From Eledone cirrhosa (lineage: Eukaryota): 64,000 bases of DNA. The notes beneath the pieces are model-generated. The model made no database searches. It was not told the DNA's origin and was given only the letters and a program-made list of their open reading frames with translations. Position 1 is the stretch's first letter. Each line of letters starts with the position of its first letter. The DNA lies in NCBI GenBank assembly GCA_964016885.1, contig OZ024746.1, positions 5,704,001 to 5,768,000 on the forward strand. Reading direction: 5' to 3'. Shown here piece after piece: positions 1 to 14,675 of this stretch. A program made the position numbers and the translations under genes.

Positions 1-80
1 TGTATATATATATATACATATATGTATATATATATATATATATACATATATGTATATATATATATATATATACATATATG

Positions 81-134
<54 letters not shown>

Positions 135-707
135 CATATACATATTTGTGTGTATATATATATATATATATATGGGTGTGTGTATGTATATATATATGTA
201 TATATATATATATATATAGGGGGAGGGTGGTGTGTATATACGTTTGTTTTGTCTCTGGGAGTATGTAGATGTGTGTCTGTCACTGTATGACAGAAAGAGT
301 AGGATAACTACGTATTCATAAATTAACATAAACATAGATTTATGGATGTATACACAGTGAGGTAAATATAAGTATTTAGGTAGCTACCTCCTCACCTCTC
401 TCTTTCTCTTTCTTTCTATCACTCTATCTCTTCCTGCAATATAAATAATTAAATAGATAGACACACACACATATAAGTATATATATATATATATATATAA
501 ATATATTAGGTATAAAATAACTTAACATTCGAACCCATAACTATAACATTGATTTCTCGCTAACTACTTTCTCTCAATAACAACTTCTTAACTATATCCC
601 CCACCCCACACTACCCAGCTTATCACTATAAATGGATACTTAAGTGCAATTTGTAGCCTACAACTATGCACTCAATGTACACCCATCCCATAGCTTTCGT
701 CTGTCCT

Positions 708-738
<31 letters not shown>

Positions 739-1025
739 GGTCCACCTCCCTCCCTCTCCACCTGCCCTCGGTGGAAATAAATAATCCCAACCTTAACTAT
801 CAACGCATCGCTTAAGGTTGTCGCGTTAAGTGTAACCAGTATAATAAAACCCTTACTACATCATCATTTTGATTAAGATATCAGTATTCTACAAACCACT
901 CTCTCCCATTTCTCCAACCCCTACATTTCTCTCTCTCTCCCTCTCCCCTTCTTTCTCTCTTCCTTTTCTACTCTATCGTCCCCACTAACCTCACTTAAGG
1001 GTATTTACCTTTTACATTTTCACCA

Positions 1026-1147
1026 TTCTGCTCTGATGATACAGTGGTCACAGCATTTGATAATTGAGTTTTGCAAATAGTTATAAATTTGCACATAGCA
1101 TAACTAGGCTGTATAACCACCGTGGAAACATTTATAAGTACACAGAA
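1026..1147 (+). ncRNA. Hammerhead-like motif in a PLE-type 3' fragment (~480-1190)
   Basis: ttctgct-CTGATGA-tacagtggt...accaccgtg-GAAA-catttataa-GTA-cacagaa. Long stem II, imperfect stem I. Confidence 0.6.
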
Positions 1148-1187
1148 TAAATTACCTTTTTATGACGTCTACCTGTTATTATTCATT

Positions 1188-1295
<108 letters not shown>

Positions 1296-1297
1296 CT

Positions 1298-1680
1298 GAT
1301 GGTAGCTAAGGTGCTTCCATAGGCGGTATGCCGGTTGAGCAATCTATGCTCTTACAGAGCAGAGTATGATATAATATAAAACGAAAAATCAGTGATGCAT
1401 CTGAGTTCAATTTATTGTGTTACAATTGTTTCGCCGGCGGACAGCTCGAAACACGATCATTGTGTGGATCTGTCTGACTCTGGACCTGCGGGCTCGTCCG
1501 ACACTTCCAGTGCTTTCGGAACAAATTCCTTCACTGAGGTGTTAGCGTCAAAAACATCCTCTTGGCGCGTCCCGTTATTGGCTGCTGCTTTTCTACGTCA
1601 TCGTAAATCTGACCAACAGATAGCAATGCGACTGACCATTCTGCCACACTTAGATGAGTTACTACTGGGTTTGGTAGTTC
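1298..1680 (-). mobile_element. Dispersed PLE-type terminal repeat family (other copies ~36770-37040, ~61600-61810)
   Basis: Shared sequence atggtagct..ggtgcttccataggcggtatgcc...aatcagtgatgcatctga...ttacaattgtttcgccggc. Two of the three copies abut microsatellites. Confidence 0.75.
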
Positions 1681-1895
1681 ACACGTCCACGCGCGCAATC
1701 ACACACACATATATACACACACGCACACACACGCACACACACACACACACAATCCCAAGAAAAAAAAACATCCGTACGCATAGACCCCGCCACACACACA
1801 TAGGGAGAACAAATAAAAAAAAAACATAGAAATACACATACACAGGCGCCTGCCTACATGCCCATATACAGACTAAGATACAGACTCGCTCACAA

Positions 1896-1934
<39 letters not shown>

Positions 1935-1937
<3 letters not shown>

Positions 1938-2663
1938 ATGAAATGACAGGAGGCTGGATTTGTGTAAATCCTTGAAAGGTTTATTATACTAAGATCATTT
2001 CAATGACCGGGTTCCGTATGAATCCGGTGATATCATCAGGTATTCGAAATATAATACGTGAATGTAATAGATAAAATCCATGGGGCTGAAAATCGAGGAC
2101 CCGACCGGTAGTAGTTGCCTTTCTTCTTTTAGCTGACATTAACCCTGGCTTCTTTTCTTCTTTCTTCCCCCTTCTTCTCTCTCCTTCCTTTCTTTCTTTC
2201 TTTTACCTTGTGTCATGAGATCGACGTTAACCTATGCTCCCATCCCTTTTTGTTTTCGTTTATCTGACCGGTAGTAGCATACTATAAACTTTAGCCACGT
2301 CACTCCAGGGCGACCGGCTGAGGTTGAGGGAACAGAATAGCGGTCGCCCTCGGGTCCTCGATTTTCAGCCCCATGGATTTTATCTATTACATTCACGTAT
2401 TATATTTCGAATACCTGATGATATCACCGGATTCATACGGAACCCGGTCATTGAAATGATCATAGTATAATAAACCTTTCAAGGATTTACACAAATCCAG
2501 CCTCCTGTCATTTCATTATAATATTTAACTCCGTAATAGCACCACCAACTACAAAAACAAAGACGGTTGAACTGCTTTACGTTGAGTACTCTCTATATTA
2601 TTGCATTACGATTGATCATACGCAATAGACCAGCTATATACAGTGGTGAACCTCAAACCTGAA
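1935..2663. mobile_element. Fold-back PLE-derived element: ~170-bp inverted arms (1935-2104 / 2350-2519) + ~140-nt tail
   Basis: Near-perfect reverse-complement arms between (TA)n tracts. Confidence 0.88.
2411..2468 (+). ncRNA. Type I hammerhead ribozyme
   Basis: atac-CTGATGA-tatcaccgg...ccggtcatt-GAAA-tgatca-TA-gtat. Palindromic ATGATCAT stem III, AUA cleavage site. Mirror copy on the minus strand in the left arm carries one substitution in stem III. Confidence 0.8.
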
Positions 2664-3998
2664 TATATATATATATATACATAAATATATATATAGGGTT
2701 TTAAAAATGCAATGACTGACCTTTTGGCTATTTAGAAGCTTTCTGTATTACTGTGCTAAGGAATTTGATGATTTTTTTTCAGCTGTTTACAGTCTTTTCA
2801 AAAGACTTTCGTTAGAATCTTCCACGGCCATCATTTTTTCTTTGTCTTCTTTCATCTTATTTCTCTCTTTCCCCACCTTTCTATTCTTCCTTATACTTGC
2901 TGCTCCTGCTGTCACTTCTGTTTGTTATGACTTCTGCCACCCAAACACTTGTGCAGACCTTTCTAGCGGCGGCGGGTTGGTGTCAATAGGAAGTTCTATA
3001 CTTCGCTCTCTGATATGTCAGTTTTGTCTATCTGTTCTGTTAGTTTTGCAATCCAGTGAAGGTTTGGTGTCAACAGCACTCACTATACATTACATATAAT
3101 TGCTGTTATTGTTGTTGTTACAGCTGACACCTATGTAGGTTTAGCTGGCCTCCTACAAGGTTGTATCTCATAAGAGTTTTCTTGGGTGCTTTAATGACAG
3201 GGACCCTAGTCCTATCATATAGGATGATGATAGTTGCTGTGCATGTAGATCAAACCAAATATGGAATCTATGTTCGATTATCATTTGATCTATACCACAT
3301 AGCTCATTATACACTTAGGAGACTCGATCGTAATCAATAGCTTAGAGGAAAGACACCATATGGCAATATGCAATTAAATCACTACAATGCAAAAATTCAT
3401 TCATTGGCAATCCAACGAGATAATACGTGTTACAATGTAACTTCATTTTATGCAGAATGCAAACATGGAAATGGTTTATTTTTGTAGAATATTGCTGACA
3501 TTTACCATATAATGAATGGCGTTTTGTTCATTATATAAAATATCAGTTTATTTAGAAATTAATGTAAGTTTTTAAACGGTAAATTAAAACTTATGTAACT
3601 CAATCCAGAATAAAGTATATTGATTGAAATGAGAATCACTACTAATTACACATTTTGCCAAGAAGATGCAAATATATTTGTTCTGGTAACATAGCATAGA
3701 ATTCTGATTTTTTAGCAGTGTTAAATTCATGGAAGGGATTTTCTATGGCAATTTGATTGCTTACTTGGTCAAAATCCTCCTTTGAAATCTTAAATTCAAT
3801 GATCTGAAATTTGAAAAATCGATTACATAGACAGAAAGGAATAAAATACGTTTACAAAAGATACAAACATTTACACACCTTGCATGAGATTTTATTCTTG
3901 AAAAAGTAGAAATAAATGAAAACATGAAACCTACTTTACTTTCTGAACAACTAACGCATTGTAGTTAAAATGTGTACACATGAACTGTTGAACTGCTA

Positions 3999-4148
3999 AT
4001 GCTTTCCAGCATAGTTACGTCCCTTTACGGTCTGAGTTCAAATCCCGCCGCGGTTAACTTTGCCTTTCATCCTTACGGGTCGATAAAATAAAGTACCAGT
4101 AATACACTGGGTTTTTGCTGGCCTTGTGCCAAAAGTAGAAAGAATTAT
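3999..4148 (+). mobile_element. tRNA-derived SINE (Nin/Deu-like central domain), 5' truncated
   Basis: gagttcaaatccc B-box + gcctttcatccttacgggtcgataaaataaagtaccagt core, repeated many times in the window. Confidence 0.85.
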
Positions 4149-5908
4149 TTCCAATATATATTCAATTGCATGTAATTATTTACTAAATGATCTACAATAG
4201 CAAGCCATCTATACTCAAAAGAGCTGGTTTACAGTAGTACCAAAATGTCATCATCACCAAATTACTAAGGTATGTGTAGTTAAAATAGATTATTTATCGT
4301 CATTATAGGGACTTTTATAGTTAAAAGTAATTATTTAAAACATTCTAATATTACGAACGTTTGAACAGTTGCAGATGTAATAGTTTTAGATACTTTGTAC
4401 CATGGTTTGTATTTAATAAATATTACCTAAAAAATCATTAGAGAGGTTGCCCGGTACTCCTCGCAACGCTGCTGTCTTTTGCTCTGGTGTTGGTTCGGTT
4501 GTTCACCCGTTCTTTTACATCTTTTTAAATATTGCAACATTAAAAGAATATATCCTTCTAAAAGAATCGCGAGCAATTTATAATGTTATCTAAGCATTTG
4601 TAATGTTATTTGTGTATATATTTAAAACACATGTGTTATGTTATTCTACTGTAAATATTGCACTTATCCATTGCTCAAATCTGAAAATAGGGATTTGATG
4701 ATAAGTTTTAATGAATATCTTTGATTATCAATGAAACACTGTAATAATTACTGTGACTAGGCAGCATATTCCATTATGGGTTAATAAAACGTATTCCACT
4801 AAGATACGATTTTTGTGATATGGGTTCATAAGTTCATATTTACATCATGTGTCATGTAATATTTCTTAACACGTGGGTTCGTTAAAGAATTGCCAAAGGG
4901 AAATATACTGGATTCAAACTTTGAATGTTATTGCTACATGATTTAGTTTGTACTATCTGATATTATCTTCGAATCTTACTACAGGAGTAAAATGGTTTTA
5001 TGTGTGGTCCTCCATTCTTTAATATGTTTTTGCCATTATTGATCAAACAATGTTGGAATATTGCCTTAATGTATATCTATACATATTTGTTATTTCGCTT
5101 TTTGTATAAATACGTTGAGACAGGAATTAACATAAACGAATGTAGTTTACATGTAAGTAGAATACGATTGCTTGAAATATCAGTTTTTAATGTGCATTCT
5201 TGGACTGAAAGAATGGATGTAGGGGAAGCATTAATTAAACATGCTAGGAAGTGACCCCAGAATTTGACCGGCATGGTATTCAATCAATGCATCCACTTCC
5301 CTGGCAATCAATACTCGACAAATGTTTATTTCCCCCCATCCCATGTTGGTGAAACAGAGTGAGGAGGCTGGGTGAAGAAAGCGATAATTGCCTGAATACA
5401 TCTACCAATGAATGTACAATAAAGTAAATAAATATCAAATATATTAGATTGTTATCTCCACGTCGTACATTGAGGAGTCACAAAGGGTGGTGAAATTTGG
5501 GGCGAAAAACTAAAATTATAAACAAAACAGAGACTACATAGTAACAAATGTAACCTGATCAGCAAATTATGTATCAATTTTGAAATAATATGATTATATT
5601 TGAACTGAAGGGTGACACAGGAAATATTCACTAAGAGAGGAACAAATGATATTGAAGTTGGGTTTATATGATTCGATTTTCTGATATATGCAGAACGGCG
5701 CCATGCTGCTTACTCAATCAGACCATTAGCAGTTCCACTTGTTTTCCTTAATGGTATTTGTTTATATTTTCGTAGTGACCCTAACATAAACTGCTTTATA
5801 AGAAATCATTAATTTATTTAAAATTAAGTTCCTTTTTGCCAATTACAGTGATGAGGAATGGATCAGTACAACTTCATATTCCATGTATTATCCATGTATT
5901 CCATGTAT

Positions 5909-6907
<999 letters not shown>

Positions 6908-7567
6908 GTCTGGTGGAGATTCTAACTGTCCAAACTTTATTTATACAATAGTCAAGAATGTTTTGTTTTTTTCAAATATAGAATCATCATTGGATGAGAG
7001 ATATACATGTGTAAGTGCTTACATACAAAATATATAGACAACACACGAGAAGTGCTAGGAACTGCAGGAAGTGAGACAAAATTTGATGTTATCTTCAGTT
7101 TAGGCCCTCACAGAATGTTATTAAAGCCGTGACACCCTCCATGAAATAGTCAACTTTATCAGACGTGTATTCATGAAATATTACTTTTAAACTTGAATCT
7201 CTCTCACGTTGATAGGATGAGAGTTAGAATGGTAAAACATCTTAGGAAACTATTGTAGAAAGATGGTACTTACCTCCTCCATTATAAATTCGTAACTGCA
7301 GTCAACAGTCCAGGACCACAAATAGCAATTACACATCCATTTGTATATGTACTACATATGTGACTACATATACATATGTGTGTGATAGATTCACCATAAA
7401 ATGGAGTCTGTATTCTTATATTGATTATGTGAATGCTTATTAAATTTTAAAATATCAAATATATATATTAAGGCTAATACACTTATGCATGTATTGGAAT
7501 AAACTGTGTGTGTGTATATATATATATATATATCACTAAAAGTGACTGGGCACAAGTATATATAGAA

Positions 7568-7705
<138 letters not shown>

Positions 7706-7801
7706 TATATATATATATATGTATGTGCGTGTGTATGTATATATATATATTATATTTATAAATATATTTGTATATATATATGTGTATGTATATGTATATA
7801 C

Positions 7802-7883
<82 letters not shown>

Positions 7884-8482
7884 GATGGATGTACATATAT
7901 GTGTGCATACGTGCACGGGTGTGTGCGTGCATAGTTGAGCCCATACGTATGTGTGTGTGTGTGCTTGTGGTATTTCAATTTATATATAAGTTATTTGTGG
8001 TATATTGTATCTCTATATTATATATAGATATGTATTAGCGTACAACTTTCTGATTATGTGAACGTGATAATTTGAGTAAAATTTATCGCAATCCCAATAC
8101 ACCAAGCAGCTGCGATCGATGAACAGTGTTATTTTACATTTAATTGCAGGTTTACGTTTGTCATGTATGTGGTGCACTGAATATGTATGTGTATTGAAAT
8201 GAGAGTGAGTGAGTGAGTATGCTTGTGGTCATGTAAAAGTTTCCATTGCTCCGTATCATATTATCCTGTATTTCTTAAATGGAATTTCCATTCATTTCAC
8301 ATAATGTTATAATTTTATATATAGTAATATATAGGTACATCTGCATAACAGTATAATTCAATAGTCAATAGCAAATGGATGTATATGTCTATATGTAAAA
8401 ATACATTTCTTCTATGATTGACTGTAAAACAAACATTCAATAGACACATATGAAGGATATCTAAAAACTACACAATTTCCAG

Positions 8483-8657
8483 TCAGACAAGTGGGATACA
8501 TATATGGAAATTAAGGCTATCACTAATATCGATTGGACCAGTCTTCAATTTCTGATTCTATAATATTTAAGCCTATGAGAAACAAGTTCGCCATGGGCAA
8601 GACACAGAAAATACCCGTGGAAGTAATTAAACCCACACTGTACGTATATCAAAGTTG
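8483..8657 (+). pseudogene. Possible decayed N-terminal exon of the nAChR-like gene
   Basis: Across frameshifts reads ...IIFK/YEKQVRHGQDTE/IPVEVIKPTLY/ISKL, resembling the nAChR Y...RP....V.V...L..I..L segment that precedes DEK. Needs >=3 frameshifts, and the donor is degenerate (gctgag). Confidence 0.4.
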
Positions 8658-9221
8658 GCTGAGGAATGTAAACCTAAATTCCCTACATTCATAACCGCAT
8701 CAAAATTAACGAGCAAGGTTTCGTCAGTGACTAAACAATAACAACAACAGTATTTTTCAACACTTTATTATGATACAATTTATGTATTTATCTTTCTGTC
8801 ATTTCATTTCATTTCTAAAGTAACTATATAAACACATATGTGCTCTACATGTAGACCCCCTTCAACTATATAAACACATATGTGGTATATATGTAGACCA
8901 CCTTCAGACATGATGACTATGGGACTTGCACCTAGAAAGTTCCGCCTTAATTGTTGTTATTATTGTTGATGAGTGGTAGATTGACTGCATTGTTACAACG
9001 TCAGATAGAATACAATCTGGCTCTTTACTCTCAGAATATCTCATGCCAACTTTCCCTTTCATTTTTTTGGCAGTTGATAAATAAAACTTTAATCAATTAT
9101 GGGAAACAATGAAATCAATTAAAACCTGTCCCATCATTTATAGCTTTGTACCCAGGTTAGAAACAATTGTGTGTTACTGTTTATAAATATATATATAATA
9201 TAAATGTGTCCACACTGTAAA

Positions 9222-9388
9222 TGTGGTTGGTGTTAGGAAGGGCATCCAGCCGTAGAAATCCTGCCAGATAGTCCTATACGAGTGAGACACGGTCACCCGA
9301 CCAATCTTGCCTCAAGTGGGACAATTCCCGTCTAACCCCTGCTAGCGTGGAAGATGGACGTTAAACGATGATGATGATGATGATGATG
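9222..9388 (+). mobile_element. SINE 3' portion ending in (GAT)n
   Basis: ggttggtgttaggaagggcatccagccgtagaaa...ggacgttaaac(gat)n. Confidence 0.65.
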
Positions 9389-9742
9389 AAGATCATCTCA
9401 ACCATGGCTATGAAGCAGTAGCAGCCATTTGATCCCTCATTTGATCTCTCAGTGTGTTGATTGATCTGTTACATTTACCGACGAAGAAATATAATATTTA
9501 TGAGGAATTATCCCAATGCATTCTTTGTAAAATATGTGCCTAGTTAATTTAATTTCATTTACATTTCAGTGTCAAGGTCAGGTTAGATTAAGCAGTGTCA
9601 AGGTCAGGTTAGATTAAGCAGTGTCAATGTCAAGTGGAATTAAGGTTTTTTTCAAATGTTCACATATTGTATCTTCAGATTAGTTTTAGGTATAGAGGAC
9701 TGGATATGCAAGATCAATGAGCATTCTATTATCCCCATTCCC

Positions 9743-9962
9743 AGGGCAACAGATTGGCAGTATCGGTAGAGCGTCGAACAACATGCTTTATGGTATAGAG
9801 TTATGGTCCTTTACGTTCTGAGTTCAAATCCTGCCGTGATTAGCTTTGCCTTTCATCCTTACGGGATCGATAAAATAAATTAGCAGTAATGCACTGGGGT
9901 CGATTTAATTGACTCTCCCCTCCCCCAAAATTGTTGGCCTTGTACCTAAATCAGAAACCATT
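9743..9962 (+). mobile_element. tRNA-derived SINE
   Basis: A-box-like tggcagtatcggtagagcg, B-box gagttcaaatcc, same core. Confidence 0.85.
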
Positions 9963-10367
9963 CAGGTTTGATACGAAAGTCCACTAACAATCAACATGAA
10001 ATTGATTTCTTAATATCTTACTGTTTTCATTACAGTTGCGAATATAATTACTATGGTTGTATTAGTATTTAACAATTGTCTGTTAGACTTAATATCACAT
10101 TAGTCTTCAACTTCATTTCATAAACAATCGGGAAATATATCTGCTGAGAATGAACTGGTTCATTTCATATATTTACATATAGAACTTCTCAAATTCTATA
10201 TGACCACTAGTTATTGCTACCCAGATGTATGTTTATCTACAATATGTCTATAAGCCCGCTCTCCCATTACTTAGTTAATTAATACTAGTCGTTAGCTGAT
10301 GTATTGATAAGCAATGTTGCTCACTATGTTCTCCATACTGTGTTTATATGTGTTTATATGATGTAAA

Positions 10368-10528
10368 TAATTATTGTTTCTACTTTTGGCACAAGGCCAG
10401 CAATTATCTCAGTGCATTACTGGTACTTTATTTTATCGACCCCATAAGGATGAAAAGCAAAGTTAACCTCGGCGGGATTCGAACTCAGACCATAAAGGGG
10501 CGTAACTCTATGCTGGAAAGCATGGCGT
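10368..10528 (-). mobile_element. tRNA-derived SINE
   Basis: Reverse complement of the same family core. Confidence 0.85.
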
Positions 10529-11354
10529 CAATTATGACAATTAGTTATGACCAACTGAAACAAGTACAGTTATTTTTTATATTCGGAGTGTCAAGGGTGT
10601 TATCACAGTGTATATTTGGTCAGCCTATGTAGTTAGGTAATAGATATTCGTCGCCAGCAAATCTAACTTTATGAAAATGAATAAAAACATTATCACATTT
10701 TTATGAACAAGTGTAAGCTGTTCTCTTTCTTGTTTCTATCCCCCTCTCTCTCTATCTCTCCCTATTTTTATCTTATTTTCACCTTATTTTTTTCACACAC
10801 ACACACTCTCTCTCACACACAAACACACATATATATATATATATATATGAAGATAACACAACAGGACTAGTGAGCAAATAACTAAAACGTAGAGTACGAA
10901 AAGAAAAGAATAAGAATAAAGGTGTTGAATCAATAACAATTTGGAGAGTAGGCGTGGTTTAAATGACAACATTCAATTGAATGGAAGATGTATGAGCATA
11001 AGGACAGGAAGTGGACAAACAAATGAGGTGGCAATAAGATATGAGTGAGATATCAAAATGAGATGGTTGTATGAACTAATTAGTATAGAGAAGGAATGGG
11101 ATTTGAGGAAAGAGTAAAGAGTGAAGGTTATTTCTTTGTGTAGATGTAAACAGGTTTTGGGAGTGATGGACTAGGTAGTAGTAGTAGTAGTAACCAGTAG
11201 GGAGGTGGCATGAGAGAGACAGAAAGTGAGAAGAGAGGAAAGAAATTATCTGTATGTGTAGAGAGGTGCAAATGCTTGACTTATATTTTAATGGAAAGGA
11301 TGAGTTTGGTGGGTACAGAGATCATGTATATGGAAGGTGAGAGTAGGAGGTAAA

Positions 11355-11462
11355 TAACTGTTTCTACTTCAGGCACAAGGCCAGCAACTACCCGGTACAT
11401 TACTGGTACTTTATTTTATCGACCCCGTAAGGATGAAAGGCAAAGTCAACCTCGGCGGGATT
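11355..11462 (-). mobile_element. tRNA-derived SINE, partial
   Basis: Reverse complement of the family 3' half. Confidence 0.8.
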
Positions 11463-11537
11463 AGGAGGTAAATAACATTGTGATAAAGTAGAAAATCAAA
11501 CTTTCCAGTTGTTGTCTTCCTGTTTCTTCTACAACAA

Positions 11538-11905
11538 CTACAACGGTACGCGATGGGGCCCACCCACAGCCCCGGCAGACAGAATGGTGAAGGCGTTTCC
11601 CCGGAGGACGGCAAGGGAGATGCACTCGAAAAGCCACTCCAACTCGCGGGGTTCACACCTGCGGCAGGCCAGCTCAGTGCCTATGGTGGTGAGTAAGGAG
11701 GTGGCCCTGGGGCCGAGGACACCAGAAGTCTCCACTGCCAGGGGCACGACCGCAAACCTGTCGGAGAGCGACCGGTATTTGAGGACTTTGACCCCCTCAG
11801 CCTGACGTGCAGCAGAACCTGGGTCAGTCGAAGACTGCACCAGGGTGCGGCTGCAGAAAGTGTCGGTGCAGGTGGCATCCCAGACGAGGGGTTTGCCACC
11901 GGAAA
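11538..11905 (-). mobile_element. CRE-clade non-LTR retrotransposon, restriction-like endonuclease C-terminal fragment
   Basis: GKPLVWDATCTDT...AARQAE..K..KY..L...PLAVETSG.LG...ISLAVLRGNA. A GC-rich island in AT-rich DNA. Confidence 0.85.
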
Positions 11906-12329
11906 GACCCAGAGTTCAGCACGCACACATGCGAGCAACTTATCAGTTTGTCATAGGACCTTGTGGCTGGAGGTGAGTCACTGATGCTGGGGTTGGTTTC
12001 CTCTTGTTAATGGTAGAGTTGTTGTTGTTAAAGTCACTGTTGTCGTCGTTGCCTTCCTCTTGTTAATGGTGAAGATTGCTGGTGAGATATTGATGTATAC
12101 ACATATGTGTTGTTGATGTTAATTTCACAGTTGTTGTCGTTGCCTTCCTCTTGTTAATGGTGGTGGTAGATGCAACTGCTACCAGGTCGGGCTGCCAGGC
12201 AGTATGCTGAGGCTCGAGTTCCCTCTTTTACCTAAGATGAGGGGTCGTTGTTATTATCCTGATGCTGTCGCCTTCTTGACCGGAGATGCGGGTCAGTGGC
12301 TTTAGGCATCATTTGGCAGCACAACGGCA

Positions 12330-13460
12330 AATAAATATATTCTCTATTTTCTTTCTCTGGTCTTTTCTTTCTCTCTGTCTAATCCGATTCAAATTATTTG
12401 GCAGTGAATTGGTGGTCGGTTTTGTTTTGTTTTGTTTTATGTTTCTATTTGTTTTTATTTATTTCTCTCGCTCCTCTCGTATGTTTCGGTGCGTTAAATT
12501 TGTGAGGTTCCTAGCAGTTATTATTTGAGGTTATATTTCCATTCTAGGATGTATTCCATTATAACAGCACACACTGCTTCCCATCATCATGGATTAAACT
12601 GTGAGTTAATGCCGCGAATGTTTGACTATTAGGCAATCAGATAATCCAAGCGTAATATCATCAATGTAGATATGGATAGAGTCTAGTGGATTTGAGAATG
12701 TGTTAGAAGTGATGAAGCAGCGTGGTAAATATTTAAGATAAAAATTCATTAACTCAAGAGGGTTGGTATCTGATGCTGGCAAATTTCCTTCATCTATGTC
12801 AGGATCAACATCTTTATGGGCTTCGCGTGTTGAGTTTACGTATGGCGAACTATAATGTTTAATAATTCGCGACTAGTATAACAGCTCTGTACGGCTCTCA
12901 TTCAATGGGATGAAAAAGCCTGTAAATAAGTATGCTTGCTCCAAGAAATGGCATAATATTAGCATACCGCATACATATATACACATACATGTATGTCCAC
13001 GTACATATGTGTGTTGGTATGTCAATTACACACATATATGTGTGTATATCCGTGTGGGGAGCAACACGAGCTGGTTTGTTTTTAATTTTTATTTCTTCTC
13101 TCTTTCTAATCCGATTAAAAAAAAATGATTTGGCAGTGAATTGATGGTCGTTTTTTTTGTCCCCCTTCCTTTTATTTTGTTTCTTTCTCTCGCGCTTTGC
13201 GTATATTTTGGTGCGTTATACTTGTGAGGTTCCTATCAATGGTTGATAGCATTTATTATTTGTGGTTATGTTTCCATTCTAGGATGTATTGCATCACAGC
13301 AGCACATTCTGATTCCAGGAATCTTGTATTAGACAGTGAATTAATGCTGCGAATGTTTGGAACGCAAAAGTATTTGAGTAATGGGTAATCCAAGAGTAAG
13401 ATCATCAATGTATGGTAAACAAATCTTAAATATAGCTTGGAGCAGATATTACGTTAAGAG
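12330..13460 (-). mobile_element. Two related decayed LINE-like fragments (12330-12900, 13060-13460)
   Basis: Local duplication (tctaatccgatt..ttggcagtgaattg). Minus strand gives YIDDI/YIDDL RT-like motifs. Confidence 0.45.
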
Positions 13461-14630
13461 AACATTCAGACAGAGTGGATCTGGAAAAGTTGAAAATGTT
13501 TACCTCGTTGGTTGTTGAATTTGTAGTTCCAGAATTTTTTTTTTTTTCAATCACAGGAAAGTGCACACAATACATATATGTATATATAGAGGTGCATATA
13601 TTAATGAACTTGTATTTCATGTTAAACACAGAAAGACATTAGTAAGTAATAATAACGATATTTAGATATAAAAATATAGATGTACAAATAGGTCTATATT
13701 GAAAGTAAGGGTTTGTGTGTGGAAATATGTGTAGTTAGGGATATGATCATGTATGGAGTTAGTAGGTTAAATAGTTAGTTAGAATTGCAAATTTGACTTA
13801 GCCTGGGGTCAAATGAGATGGTTTGTGGAGGAGCATATATAAGGTGTGCAATACATAGAAAAAGTGTGCGTCTCGTTTAAGAGGAGAGTTTGGACATGGC
13901 GTCAGAAGTGAATTGTAACAAAGGGTTGATGACTGTAGTTCGTTATGGCTTGGGTGAGAAGGGGGCAAATAAGTGGTTGAAATAAAAAAGTGTTGTGAAT
14001 AGAATATTAAAGAGTCCGGAGACGGGAGTAGAAGGGGGAGTGTTAAGACTAGGGGGTATGGGCTGGGTAGTAGAAGTGGAATATGAGGGAGTGGTAGAAA
14101 TATAGCTGGAAGCCTTTAGGGAAGGTATTGTAATTATCTCCAAGGGAAAATAATGTGACTGGCGTATTGGGTCTTGGGAAATATAAGTGTGGTGATACAT
14201 AAGATGTTAGTGTAGAGGAAATACTTAAGATGAAGGTGAAGATGCAGAGGATAAAATCTAAAACTAGTATTTTGTAGTAGAGTATGTTATAGAGGGAGAG
14301 AGATGAGATGAGGAAAGGAGAGTCGAAGGAAGAAAAAACAAGAGATAGATAGTAGAGAATGCAATATGATGGTTGTGTATTTCTGTGTGTTCCCGTGTGT
14401 ACGAAAGTATGTGTCGGTGTATGTGTTTCTGTATATGCTTGTGTGTGTGTATGTATGTCTTTATACAAGGTTTTGTTAGAACTCTCCATGCGTATTAACT
14501 TTGAAACATGTAAGGTTTTAACAAAATGATATCGAGAGAATCCTTGTTCTTCTAATAAAACATATTAAACCATTCATATCTAATTTGCAGTTAAATCTAT
14601 TTCAATATCTTTTTTTTTTTATATTTCCAG

Positions 14631-14675
14631 GATGAAAAAGAACAAACGATGAGAATTATGGGATATTTACATCTG
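14631..14675 (+). CDS. nAChR-like Cys-loop ligand-gated ion channel, internal exon (DEKEQTMRIMGYLHL)
   Basis: Polypyrimidine tract + ttccAG acceptor, GTtagt donor, 45-nt phase 0/0 exon. The size and the DEKxQ motif match the conserved short nAChR exon. Joins in frame to 20266. Confidence 0.85.

Noticed and set aside
2750-3090. Purine-rich minus-strand stretch that looks coding
   Set aside because: Interrupted by several stops, with no recognisable domain.
7255-7342. Minus-strand exon-like segment with a strong GAG|gtaagt donor and a signal-peptide-like reading
   Set aside because: The hydrophobic frame contains two stops and no partner exon could be linked. Insufficient support.
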